Below, piece by piece: positions 1-7,022 of a stretch of DNA of 14,295 nucleotides. A program made the position numbers and the translations under genes. Below the pieces are notes generated by a model. The model did not search any database and was not told the origin of the DNA. It saw only the letters and a list, made by a program, of their open reading frames with translations. This DNA comes from Myxococcota bacterium (lineage in GTDB: Bacteria > Myxococcota_A > UBA9160 > UBA4427), in the NCBI GenBank assembly GCA_036336835.1, contig JAYZFK010000021.1, positions 1 through 14,295 of the forward strand, in the 5' to 3' direction. The first letter of the stretch is position 1. Each line of letters starts with the position of its first letter.

Positions 1-378
1 TACCTGTCTGCTAGCGACACCGACAAGATCAATGTCGAGTTGCTCGTTCTGACGGTCAACCTCAAGGTTCCGATTCTCACCGGACGCATCCAGCCCTACG
101 GCTTGCTCGGAGGCGGCGTGGTCTTTGCCTTCCGCGACAACCGGTTTCCGCGCTACGCCATCGCGCCCGGTGTCACCAGCAGTGATCCCTACAGGTTCGA
201 GGAGTACGTCGACGTCCGCGACGCGGGCACCGTCTTTCGCATCGGCGGCGGCGTCGACACCTATCTGAACGAGCACATTTTCGTGTCGGTCGAAGGCACG
301 TGGGTCGCCGCACAGGGAGAGGCCGTAAACGATCTCCGCTACGCGAGCATCACGGTCGGCGTAGGCTACCGGTTCTGA
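1..378 (+). CDS. Outer-membrane beta-barrel protein (OmpA-TM/OmpW/Ail-like small barrel), 5' truncated
   Basis: Frame is open from base 1 (YLSASDTDKINVELLVLTVNLKVPILTGRIQPYGLLGGG...). It shows alternating amphipathic strands, QPY-x-x-x-GGG and FRIGGGVDTY motifs, and a C-terminal BAM beta-signal (ITVGVGYRF*). Confidence 0.85.
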   Translation, partial: YLSASDTDKINVELLVLTVNLKVPILTGRIQPYGLLGGGVVFAFRDNRFPRYAIAPGVTSSDPYRFEEYVDVRDAGTVFRIGGGVDTYLNEHIFVSVEGTWVAAQGEAVNDLRYASITVGVGYRF

Positions 379-381
379 GAT

Positions 382-960
382 TCATTCCTCGGCGAACTTG
401 TAGAGCAGCCCGAAGCGCAACGAACCGTGGTCGAAGCCCGCGAGCCCTCTGACCGGCCAGGTGTAGAGGCCCTCGGCGAAGACCGAGAAACGGTCGGTCC
501 ACTGGTAGGCGAGCCCAGCACCTCCAGTGATTGCAAAGTCGGTGTCATTGATCGTGCCGAGCGTCGCTCCGAGCCCCTCCAAGTGAAGGATGGCGCCGCC
601 GTAGGTCAGGTACGGCTCGAGTTGGCCGATCGGAAAGTGGACGCGGAACCCGAGTGACGTCATCCAGCCATCTAGCTCATCCTGCCCGGCGCGGAAGCCG
701 CTGAGCCACTCGAACTCGCTCTCGATCGAGATGTACTCACTCCCGCGGTAGCCGAGGATGAGGCTCGAGACCATCGACGGCCCGAAGTCGTCCAATGTGC
801 CGACCGGATCGAAGTTGTCCCAGCCCGCTGCCATGCTCCCACCGAGATAGACGCCAACGAGCGTCGGATCGACCGTGTACTCCTCGTCGTCCTGCGCGAA
901 GCTGGGCATCGCAAGCAACAGTGAGAGGACAGCGGCAGCGACGGTGGCGCGAACGGGCAT
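382..960 (-). CDS. Outer-membrane beta-barrel protein (small barrel), 192 aa with Sec signal peptide
   Basis: Signal peptide MPVRATVAAAVLSLLLAMPSFA|Q. Barrel motifs GVYLGG, LGYR...ISIESEFEW, LEPYLTYGGA, GGAGLAYQW and LRFGLLYKF. Strong RBS AGGAGGAG at 968-975, 7 nt before the ATG. Confidence 0.88.
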   Translation of the reverse strand: MPVRATVAAAVLSLLLAMPSFAQDDEEYTVDPTLVGVYLGGSMAAGWDNFDPVGTLDDFGPSMVSSLILGYRGSEYISIESEFEWLSGFRAGQDELDGWMTSLGFRVHFPIGQLEPYLTYGGAILHLEGLGATLGTINDTDFAITGGAGLAYQWTDRFSVFAEGLYTWPVRGLAGFDHGSLRFGLLYKFAEE

Positions 961-1070
961 GCGATGGCTCCTCCTGTGCCGCGACCGCCCACGGGCCCGC
1001 AGCGACCCGGAGGGTGTAGCCCATCCCCCGGCCCGCTGGCCCGTGATAGCCTCGCGGTCGGGAGGACCCG

Positions 1071-1907
1071 ATGGCGGAGGCCAGAGCGGACGGCACCGAG
1101 CGAGTCATCGACACCGGTTGCAGCGAGCTGCTGTGCGCGGTCGACGAGGGGGGAGTCGCGATCGTCACGCTCCACCGCCCGGAAGCCCGCAACGCGCTCA
1201 CGATGGACATGAAGCGAGCCCTCTGGAGCCTGCTGCCCGCGCTCGATGCTGATCCGCAGGCTCGCTGCGTGTTGCTAACGGGCTCTGGCCGCGCGTTCTG
1301 CTCGGGCGGCGATACCAAGCGGATGCAGTCCGAAGGCAAGCCGCCATCACTCGAGGATCGCCGCCGCCAGCTCCGCTGGGAGCACGATATCCCGCGCTGG
1401 CTGCACGAGCTCGGTACGCCAACGATCGCCGCCCTGCCCGGCCCCGCGGCCGGCGCCGGCCTGGGACTCGCGCTCGCCTGTGACCTCCGACTCGCCGCCG
1501 AGAGCGCGTTCGTCACCACCGCCTACGCGCGGCTCGGTCTGGCGGGCGACTACGGCGTCGCGTGGTTCCTGACGCAGCTGATCGGCCCCGCGCGCGCGCG
1601 CGAGCTGTTCTTCACCGCGCGCCGTGTTTCCGCCGACGAGTGCGAGCAGCTCGGAATCGTGAACCAGACGCATCCCGATGAAGCGCTTGCCGGCGCCGCC
1701 CTCGAGCTGGCGCGCGCGATCGCAGCGGGCCCACCGGTCGCGCACCGCTACATGAAGGAGAACCTCAACCGCGCCTGTCGCCTGGATCTCGCGAGCTGCC
1801 TCGACTTCGAAGCCGACCGCATGGTCCGCGGTGCGACGACCGAAGACTACCTCGAAGCCGTCGCCGCCTTCGCCGAGAAGCGCGCCCCCAGCTTCCAGGG
1901 GCGATGA
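1071..1907 (+). CDS. Enoyl-CoA hydratase/isomerase (crotonase) family protein, PaaG-like
   Basis: Motifs VTLHRPEARNAL, LTGSGRAFCSGGD, PTIAALPGPAAGAGLGLALACDLR, ARLGLAGDYG and C-terminal EAVAAFAEKRAPSFQGR. RBS GGAGG at 1061-1065. Confidence 0.95.
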   Translation: MAEARADGTERVIDTGCSELLCAVDEGGVAIVTLHRPEARNALTMDMKRALWSLLPALDADPQARCVLLTGSGRAFCSGGDTKRMQSEGKPPSLEDRRRQLRWEHDIPRWLHELGTPTIAALPGPAAGAGLGLALACDLRLAAESAFVTTAYARLGLAGDYGVAWFLTQLIGPARARELFFTARRVSADECEQLGIVNQTHPDEALAGAALELARAIAAGPPVAHRYMKENLNRACRLDLASCLDFEADRMVRGATTEDYLEAVAAFAEKRAPSFQGR

Positions 1908-1923
1908 TCCACGCGACACGATC

Positions 1924-3498
1924 TCACGGCCGCATCGAATAGCGTCGCGGGCCCCGCTCGCGCGCCTCGAGCTGAGGCGCTACCTCGTCGAGCCAGTCAC
2001 ACAACATCGGACGCGTCTGGCGGGGATCGATCAGGTCGTGAACACCGAAGTCCTCGGCTCGTGGAAAGACCGATTGGGCGGCGGCGATCTCGTCCTCCAG
2101 TTGGCGGCGGCGCTGATCGGGATCGTCGGCGGCCTCGATCTCGCGGCGATAGGCGAGCGCGACTCCGCCTTCCACGGGCAGTGCGCCGCTCTCGGCCGAG
2201 GGCCAGGCCACGACCGTCGCGCCTGGGCCGTAGTGGATGCCCTGGGCCACTCCGAACGACTTGCGCATCAGGACCGCGAACCACGGCACCGTCGACTGGA
2301 GCGCAGCGAACAGCGCCTCCATTCCGAAGCGGATCGTGGCCTCTTGCTCGGCCTGGCGTCCGATCGCGAAGCCGGGCTCGTCGACGAAGGATACGATCGG
2401 CAGCCCGAAGCCGTCGCACAGCTCGATGAAGCGACGCACCTTGCGCGCGCCGGCCGCCGTCATGGCCCCACCGTCATGGTAGCCATCGTTGGCCAGGACC
2501 CCGACCGACTCGCCGTTCACGTGAGCTAGCCCCGTGACCTGACATCGTCCGTAGCCCGTCCCCAGCTCGAAGAAGCTCCCGCGGTCGACCACCGCCTCGA
2601 TTGCGCGGCGCACCTTGAAGGCCCGGCGGCGATTGCGGGGCACCAGGGACAGCAGCGACGGCTCCGCACGGTCACGGGGATCCCCGGTGTCCACGCGCGG
2701 CGCTCGCTCGTAGACTGACGACGGCAGATGGCTCAGGAAGCGACGCATCGCTCGCAGCGCCTCGACCTCGTCTTCGACCACGTTATCGACCACGCCGCTG
2801 CGCCCGTGAACGTGCGCACCGCCGAGCTCCTCCTTGGTCGCCGTATCGCCCTGAGCGCGCTCGACCAGCGCCGGCCCCCCAGTCAAGACCTGAGCCGTGC
2901 CCTTCGTCATCAACGAGAAGTGCGAAGCCACCAGGCGCCCGGCCGGGAAGCCAGCGACCGGCCCGAGTGCAGCGCACACCACCGGAACCGTCGCCATCGC
3001 CTGGGCGGCCAGCGGATTCATCAGCTCCTGCAGCACCAGGTCGTAACCCGACCTCCCCCGCGTCCCGGTCGCGCCGGTCACCGAAGCTCCTCCGGCCTCG
3101 AGCAATCGAACGAAAGGAACGCGGGTCCGGATCGCCAGCATCTCGGCGTACTGGCCCTTGCGCAGACTCGCCGGAGTGTAGGCGGCGCCGCGCAGGGTGA
3201 AGTCGTCTCCACACACGACCGCTTGTCTTCCCTCGATCAGCGCCGTACCGAGGACGACGTTGGCCGGGGAGAAATCGACTAGCTCTCCTGCATCGTCGAG
3301 CTGGGACACCCCGGAGACGCCCCCCCGCTCGCGGAAGCTGCCCTTGTCGCACAGGGCATCGATCCGCTCACGAACCGTGAACTTGCCGGCCGCGCGCTGG
3401 CGCGCGACCTGCGCGGCGCCGCCCATCTCGCGCGCGAGTTCGCGCCGGCGCTCGATCGCGGCGACCTCCGGGCTCCAGTCCTTCGGCTCATCGGCCAT
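1924..3498 (-). CDS. Acyl-CoA carboxylase carboxyltransferase (beta subunit, propionyl/methylcrotonyl-CoA carboxylase-like), 524 aa
   Basis: Motifs MGG...VARQRAAGKFTVRERIDALCD, DFTLRGA, EAGGA, LTGGPALV, EELGGAHVH, FIELCDGFGLPIVSFVDEPGF, RKSFG and IDPRQTR. Start reassigned to ATG 3498 (MADEPKDW), which has an RBS GAGGAGAG at 3502-3509. Confidence 0.93.
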   Translation of the reverse strand: MADEPKDWSPEVAAIERRRELAREMGGAAQVARQRAAGKFTVRERIDALCDKGSFRERGGVSGVSQLDDAGELVDFSPANVVLGTALIEGRQAVVCGDDFTLRGAAYTPASLRKGQYAEMLAIRTRVPFVRLLEAGGASVTGATGTRGRSGYDLVLQELMNPLAAQAMATVPVVCAALGPVAGFPAGRLVASHFSLMTKGTAQVLTGGPALVERAQGDTATKEELGGAHVHGRSGVVDNVVEDEVEALRAMRRFLSHLPSSVYERAPRVDTGDPRDRAEPSLLSLVPRNRRRAFKVRRAIEAVVDRGSFFELGTGYGRCQVTGLAHVNGESVGVLANDGYHDGGAMTAAGARKVRRFIELCDGFGLPIVSFVDEPGFAIGRQAEQEATIRFGMEALFAALQSTVPWFAVLMRKSFGVAQGIHYGPGATVVAWPSAESGALPVEGGVALAYRREIEAADDPDQRRRQLEDEIAAAQSVFPRAEDFGVHDLIDPRQTRPMLCDWLDEVAPQLEARERGPRRYSMRP

Positions 3499-3574
3499 CT
3501 GCTCTCCTCGTGCTCGCGGTGCCCTGGCGTCGCTATGCCGCACGCCGCGCTATACAAGCGCGCCAAACCCGAAC

Positions 3575-3580
3575 TACAAT
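3575..3580 (+). promoter_or_regulatory. Putative sigma70 -10 element (TACAAT) for the amidohydrolase operon
   Basis: Near-consensus hexamer in the AT-richer divergent intergenic region, 64 nt upstream of ATG 3645. No clear -35 element. Confidence 0.4.
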
Positions 3581-3593
3581 ACGCGCCGTCTCG
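3577..3593. promoter_or_regulatory. Putative TetR operator (CAATACG-CGC-CGTCTCG)
   Basis: Imperfect 7-3-7 palindrome overlapping the TACAAT hexamer. Shares CCGTCTCGAA with the site at 6117-6126 upstream of the TetR gene. Confidence 0.4.
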
Positions 3594-3644
3594 AAATTGC
3601 GAAAGACTCGCGGACTCCGGCCGCCGATCGTCCAGGGAGAAACC

Positions 3645-4787
3645 ATGCGCAAGTACCGCCTGATCGATGCCGATTGCCACGTCGTAGAGCCGCCCCACAT
3701 CTGGGAAACCTGGCTCCCCAAGCCCTTCCAGGACCGCGCCCCGAAGCTGGTCAAGGACGAGGCGGGCGGGGATGCCTGGCAACTTCAGGCTGGCGCGCCT
3801 CTGATGTACATCGGACTCGTCGCAACCCCGGGAATGGCCTACGAGGACATCCGGTGGACCGGCTACACCTACGAAACGGTTCGCAAGGGCTGCTGGGACG
3901 GTAAGGCCCGACTCGAGGACATGGATCTGGACGGCGTCGACGCCGAGTTCATCTACCCGAGTCAGCGGACCATGCACTACTTCATGGGCAATCCGGATCG
4001 CGACTTCCACCGAGCCGGGATCCAGGCCTACAACGACTACATGCACGAGGAGTTCTGCGCCGCCGACCCCGAGCGACTGTTCTCACTCGTGCAGATGCCG
4101 AACCTTGGCGTCGACGAGTGCATCGCCGAGATGAATCGCTGCAAGTCGAAGGGCGCGCGCGGCCTGATCATCAGCGCCTGGCCGTCGGGCGACGACGATC
4201 TCGGCCCCGAAGACGAACGCTTCTTCGCCGCCGCAGCCGAGGCCAACATGCCAGTGTCGATCCACATCAACATCCAGCGCAAACGCACGGCGGCAACGGG
4301 GAGCCCTCAGGGGATCGCAGCGATTGGACAAATGGCGCTCTCCGGCATGCTCGCGTTCCCTCCCATCATGTGCGAGCTGATCATGGGCGGGATCTTCGAC
4401 CGCGTTCCGGACCTCAAGATCGTCGGAGTGGAAACACAAGTCGGGTGGATCCCGTTCGCACTCGAGCACCTCGACGACTTCTACTGGCGAAACCGCGCAC
4501 ACACCGGTGTGCAGATCCAGCATCTCCCGAGCCATTATTTCCACGAACACTTCCTGTGCACCTTCATCAGCGATCACGTCGGGATTCGCAGCCGCCACGC
4601 CATCGGAATCGAGAACCTGGCCTGGTCGACCGACTACCCGCACCACGGCTGCGACTGGCCCTACAGCCGCAAGGTGGCGGGCGAGATGCTGGGCGAGGTG
4701 TCACAGTACGAGCGCTACCGTATCTGCGCCGGCAACCTGGTCGACCTGTACGACCTGCCGCAGGCACTCGAGCCCCCGAAGGCGTAG
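3645..4787 (+). CDS. Amidohydrolase family 2 (metal-dependent TIM-barrel hydrolase/decarboxylase), 380 aa
   Basis: N-terminal IDADCHVVEPP, then ARLEDMDLDGVDAEFIYPS, AYNDY, MPVSIH, GIFDRVPDLKIVGVE..VGWIP and WSTDYPH. ATG 3645 has RBS GGAGA at 3636-3640. Confidence 0.95.
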   Translation: MRKYRLIDADCHVVEPPHIWETWLPKPFQDRAPKLVKDEAGGDAWQLQAGAPLMYIGLVATPGMAYEDIRWTGYTYETVRKGCWDGKARLEDMDLDGVDAEFIYPSQRTMHYFMGNPDRDFHRAGIQAYNDYMHEEFCAADPERLFSLVQMPNLGVDECIAEMNRCKSKGARGLIISAWPSGDDDLGPEDERFFAAAAEANMPVSIHINIQRKRTAATGSPQGIAAIGQMALSGMLAFPPIMCELIMGGIFDRVPDLKIVGVETQVGWIPFALEHLDDFYWRNRAHTGVQIQHLPSHYFHEHFLCTFISDHVGIRSRHAIGIENLAWSTDYPHHGCDWPYSRKVAGEMLGEVSQYERYRICAGNLVDLYDLPQALEPPKA

Positions 4788-4793
4788 CCGAAC

Positions 4794-5408
4794 GTGATCG
4801 AGCTGAGGGAACTCCTCGCCCCGGACCATACTGCCCTGGTCATGAACGAGTGCCAGCAGGGCGTCATCGGTGAGCGTTCCAGCCTGCCCGAGCTCGCGAA
4901 GGCTACGCGGCGGGGAATGCTGCCGAAGCTCGCAACGCTGGTCGCGGCCGCTCGCCGCGTCGGCGTCACCGTGGTGCACGGAATCGCAATGCGACGTCCC
5001 GACGGCAAGGGGGCCAACCACAACGCTCGGCTATTTGGCTATGCGGCGCGTTCGCCGGTCCAGCTCCTCCCGGGAACCGAGGCGGTCGAGGTCATGCCCG
5101 AGATCGGCGTCGAGGAGAGCGACCTCGTGACGAGCCGGCTCCACGGCCTGTCACCCTTCCAGGGTACCGAGATGGACTCGCTGCTTCGCAACCTCGGCAT
5201 TCAGACGGTGATCGGGACCGGTGTGTCGATCAACGTCGCGGTCACCAACCTGTCGTTCGACGCCGTGAACGCGGGCTATCAGGTCGTGATCCCTCGCGAC
5301 TGTGTCGCCGCCACACCACCGGAGTATGCCGACGCCGTGTTCGAGCACACGCTCGGGATGATCGCGACGCTGGTCGAGAGTGAGGACATCCTCGCTGTCT
5401 GGGAGTAG
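4794..5408 (+). CDS. Isochorismatase-like (cysteine hydrolase fold) protein with non-canonical active site
   Basis: Fold motifs TALVMNECQQG, LVAAARRVGVTVVH, SPFQGTEMDSLLRNLGIQTV, GVSINVAV and DAVNAGYQVVIPRDCVA. GTG start 6 nt after the amidohydrolase stop, so likely the same operon. Confidence 0.9.
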   Translation: MIELRELLAPDHTALVMNECQQGVIGERSSLPELAKATRRGMLPKLATLVAAARRVGVTVVHGIAMRRPDGKGANHNARLFGYAARSPVQLLPGTEAVEVMPEIGVEESDLVTSRLHGLSPFQGTEMDSLLRNLGIQTVIGTGVSINVAVTNLSFDAVNAGYQVVIPRDCVAATPPEYADAVFEHTLGMIATLVESEDILAVWE

Positions 5409-5441
5409 GAGATCGCGCAAGGCCAGGGCAAGCACGGGCCC

Positions 5442-6044
5442 TCAGCCTTCGACCGGGCGTCTGCCAACCAGCCCCCAAAGTGCCATCTCGACCATCGGCT
5501 GGACCATCGCCGTGCTGATCCTGGCACCGAAGAACAGTCGCGTGGTGATCGGACCGATCAGCAGATCCGCAGCCAGCTCGAGGTCGAGATCGTCGGGCAG
5601 CTCGCCCCGCCCGGCGCCGCGCTGCAGCACGGCAATCAATGGACGTCGACGATCGCGCACGATCGGATCGAACAGCTCGGAGAGCTCGGGGTTGTGGGCG
5701 CGTTCACCCGCGATGCTCGGGATCACGCCTCGCAGCGGTGTCGAGGTCAGCAGCTGCAAGTAGTTGCGCAGCATCTCGCTCAGGTCGCCGACGATGTTCC
5801 CGGTATCGACGTCCTCGAGCTGGGGTAACAGACCATACGCCTCGATCACCAGCGGCAGCTTGGAAGACCAGCGTCGGTATATCGTCGCCTTGCCGACGCC
5901 TGCGCGCTGCGCGACGCCCTCGATCGTCAGCGCGGAGTAGCCGACCTCGACCAACCGCTCGAGCGTTGCCGTGAGGATCGCGCGATGGGCCTGCTCGCTG
6001 CGCGGTCGTCCTGCACTCGGGGCCGGGTTGGAGCTCGAGTCCAC
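5442..6044 (-). CDS. TetR/AcrR family transcriptional regulator, 200 aa
   Basis: HTH signature GRPRSEQAHRAIL...GYSALTIEGVAQRAGVGKATIYRRWSSK. C-terminal domain DTGNIVGDL...RGELPDDLDLELAADLLIGP. GTG start at 6044 preceded by GGAGAG (6048-6053). The 635-aa ORF in the track is an over-extension. Confidence 0.93.
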   Translation of the reverse strand: MDSSSNPAPSAGRPRSEQAHRAILTATLERLVEVGYSALTIEGVAQRAGVGKATIYRRWSSKLPLVIEAYGLLPQLEDVDTGNIVGDLSEMLRNYLQLLTSTPLRGVIPSIAGERAHNPELSELFDPIVRDRRRPLIAVLQRGAGRGELPDDLDLELAADLLIGPITTRLFFGARISTAMVQPMVEMALWGLVGRRPVEG

Positions 6045-6052
6045 GCGCTCTC

Positions 6053-6069
6053 CGAGACGCAGCGGCTGG
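6053..6069. promoter_or_regulatory. Putative TetR autoregulatory operator (CGAGACG-CAG-CGGCTGG)
   Basis: Imperfect 7-3-7 palindrome immediately upstream of the TetR RBS, matching the consensus of the 3577 and 6108 sites. Confidence 0.33.
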
Positions 6070-6105
6070 GCGCGCCGCCCGGTCGTCTGACGGCAGGCTA
6101 TCGAA

Positions 6106-6126
6106 TTCGGATCGATCCGTCTCGAA
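6106..6126. promoter_or_regulatory. Putative TetR autoregulatory operator (TT-CGGATCG-ATC-CGTCTCG-AA)
   Basis: Imperfect palindrome in an AT-richer patch about 60 nt upstream of the TetR start. Also contains the perfect palindrome CGGATCGATCCG (6108-6119). Confidence 0.38.
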
Positions 6127-6335
6127 TCGAAAGTGGCCCCAGGCTCCGCTCGGCTCGCTCGAGCGCCCGGGGGCGAGCGAGCATGAGCTCGACCAGACGC
6201 CCGCGGACCCGGCGCAGCAACCGACGCCGCCAGCTGGGGCGCCGATCCGATGCGTCCCGCGTTCGGCGGCCGCTGGGCCGAGACGATCTCTCGACATCTG
6301 GAAGCCGTCCCAGGGCAATGATATATCTCGGCTCC

Positions 6336-6971
6336 ATGCGTATCGGACCTCGAGGTTTCGCAATCGTCGCCGCTCTGCTCCTGCTCGTGGCCTGCGCCGA
6401 GGAGGAGCCGACGGCGCGCGAACGCAGGCAACCCCTGGAGATCATGACCGAAGCTCCGCCCGTCGAGCCGATCCCAGAGGGCAGCGAGCCTTCGGCGTTG
6501 ATCGGCCCCTTCCGCAGCCTGATGAGCATCGACGAAGTGATCGCCCTGACGGGCGACCTCCCCTTCGAGGTCAAGATGAACCAGCGCCTGGAGCAGCGCG
6601 GCACTTGTCCGGGTCAACAGTGGATCCACCTCGCCATCACGCGATTCTGGGATCTCGACCACAAGGGGACGCTGACCCTCGGTTTCTACGACGACTTGCT
6701 GACGTGGGCGCGGTTCCTGACCGGCGATGGCGAGGGGTATCGCACCGCGTTCTTCGCCAGGCACCAGATCGAGCGGCCGAGTCCCGGGACTCCGGCCTTC
6801 GTCCTGCCGGGAACGTTGGTGCGGAACCCCGTCACCGGAAACCTGGGTATCATGGTCGAGGACTTCCGGGCCACCCGGTGGGTCAACTCCGTGGAGCTTG
6901 CCTGTCGCTACCAGTGGCAAAAGGAGCAAGGCTGGACGGACGGGGACTTGGCCGAGGCCGACGACCCATAG
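6336..6971 (+). CDS. Hypothetical lipoprotein, 211 aa
   Basis: Signal peptide II MRIGPRGFAIVAALLLLVA-C (lipobox Cys20, codon 6393-6395), a Pro/Glu-rich tether, then a globular-looking domain with two further Cys. Alternative ATG at 6318. Confidence 0.75.
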   Translation: MRIGPRGFAIVAALLLLVACAEEEPTARERRQPLEIMTEAPPVEPIPEGSEPSALIGPFRSLMSIDEVIALTGDLPFEVKMNQRLEQRGTCPGQQWIHLAITRFWDLDHKGTLTLGFYDDLLTWARFLTGDGEGYRTAFFARHQIERPSPGTPAFVLPGTLVRNPVTGNLGIMVEDFRATRWVNSVELACRYQWQKEQGWTDGDLAEADDP

Positions 6972-7022
6972 CGCGCCAGCGGTCCGCCTCAGCCTGACGC
7001 AGTGCTCGATCGGAGGAACGCG

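Noticed and set aside
5425..5442. Hairpin AGGGC...GCCCT between convergent genes as a terminator
   Set aside because: Only a 5-bp stem with no U-tract on either strand.
5985..6335. Arg-rich N-terminal extension of the lipoprotein ORF
   Set aside because: It overlaps the TetR start, has GC-driven low-complexity composition, and would bury the signal peptide.
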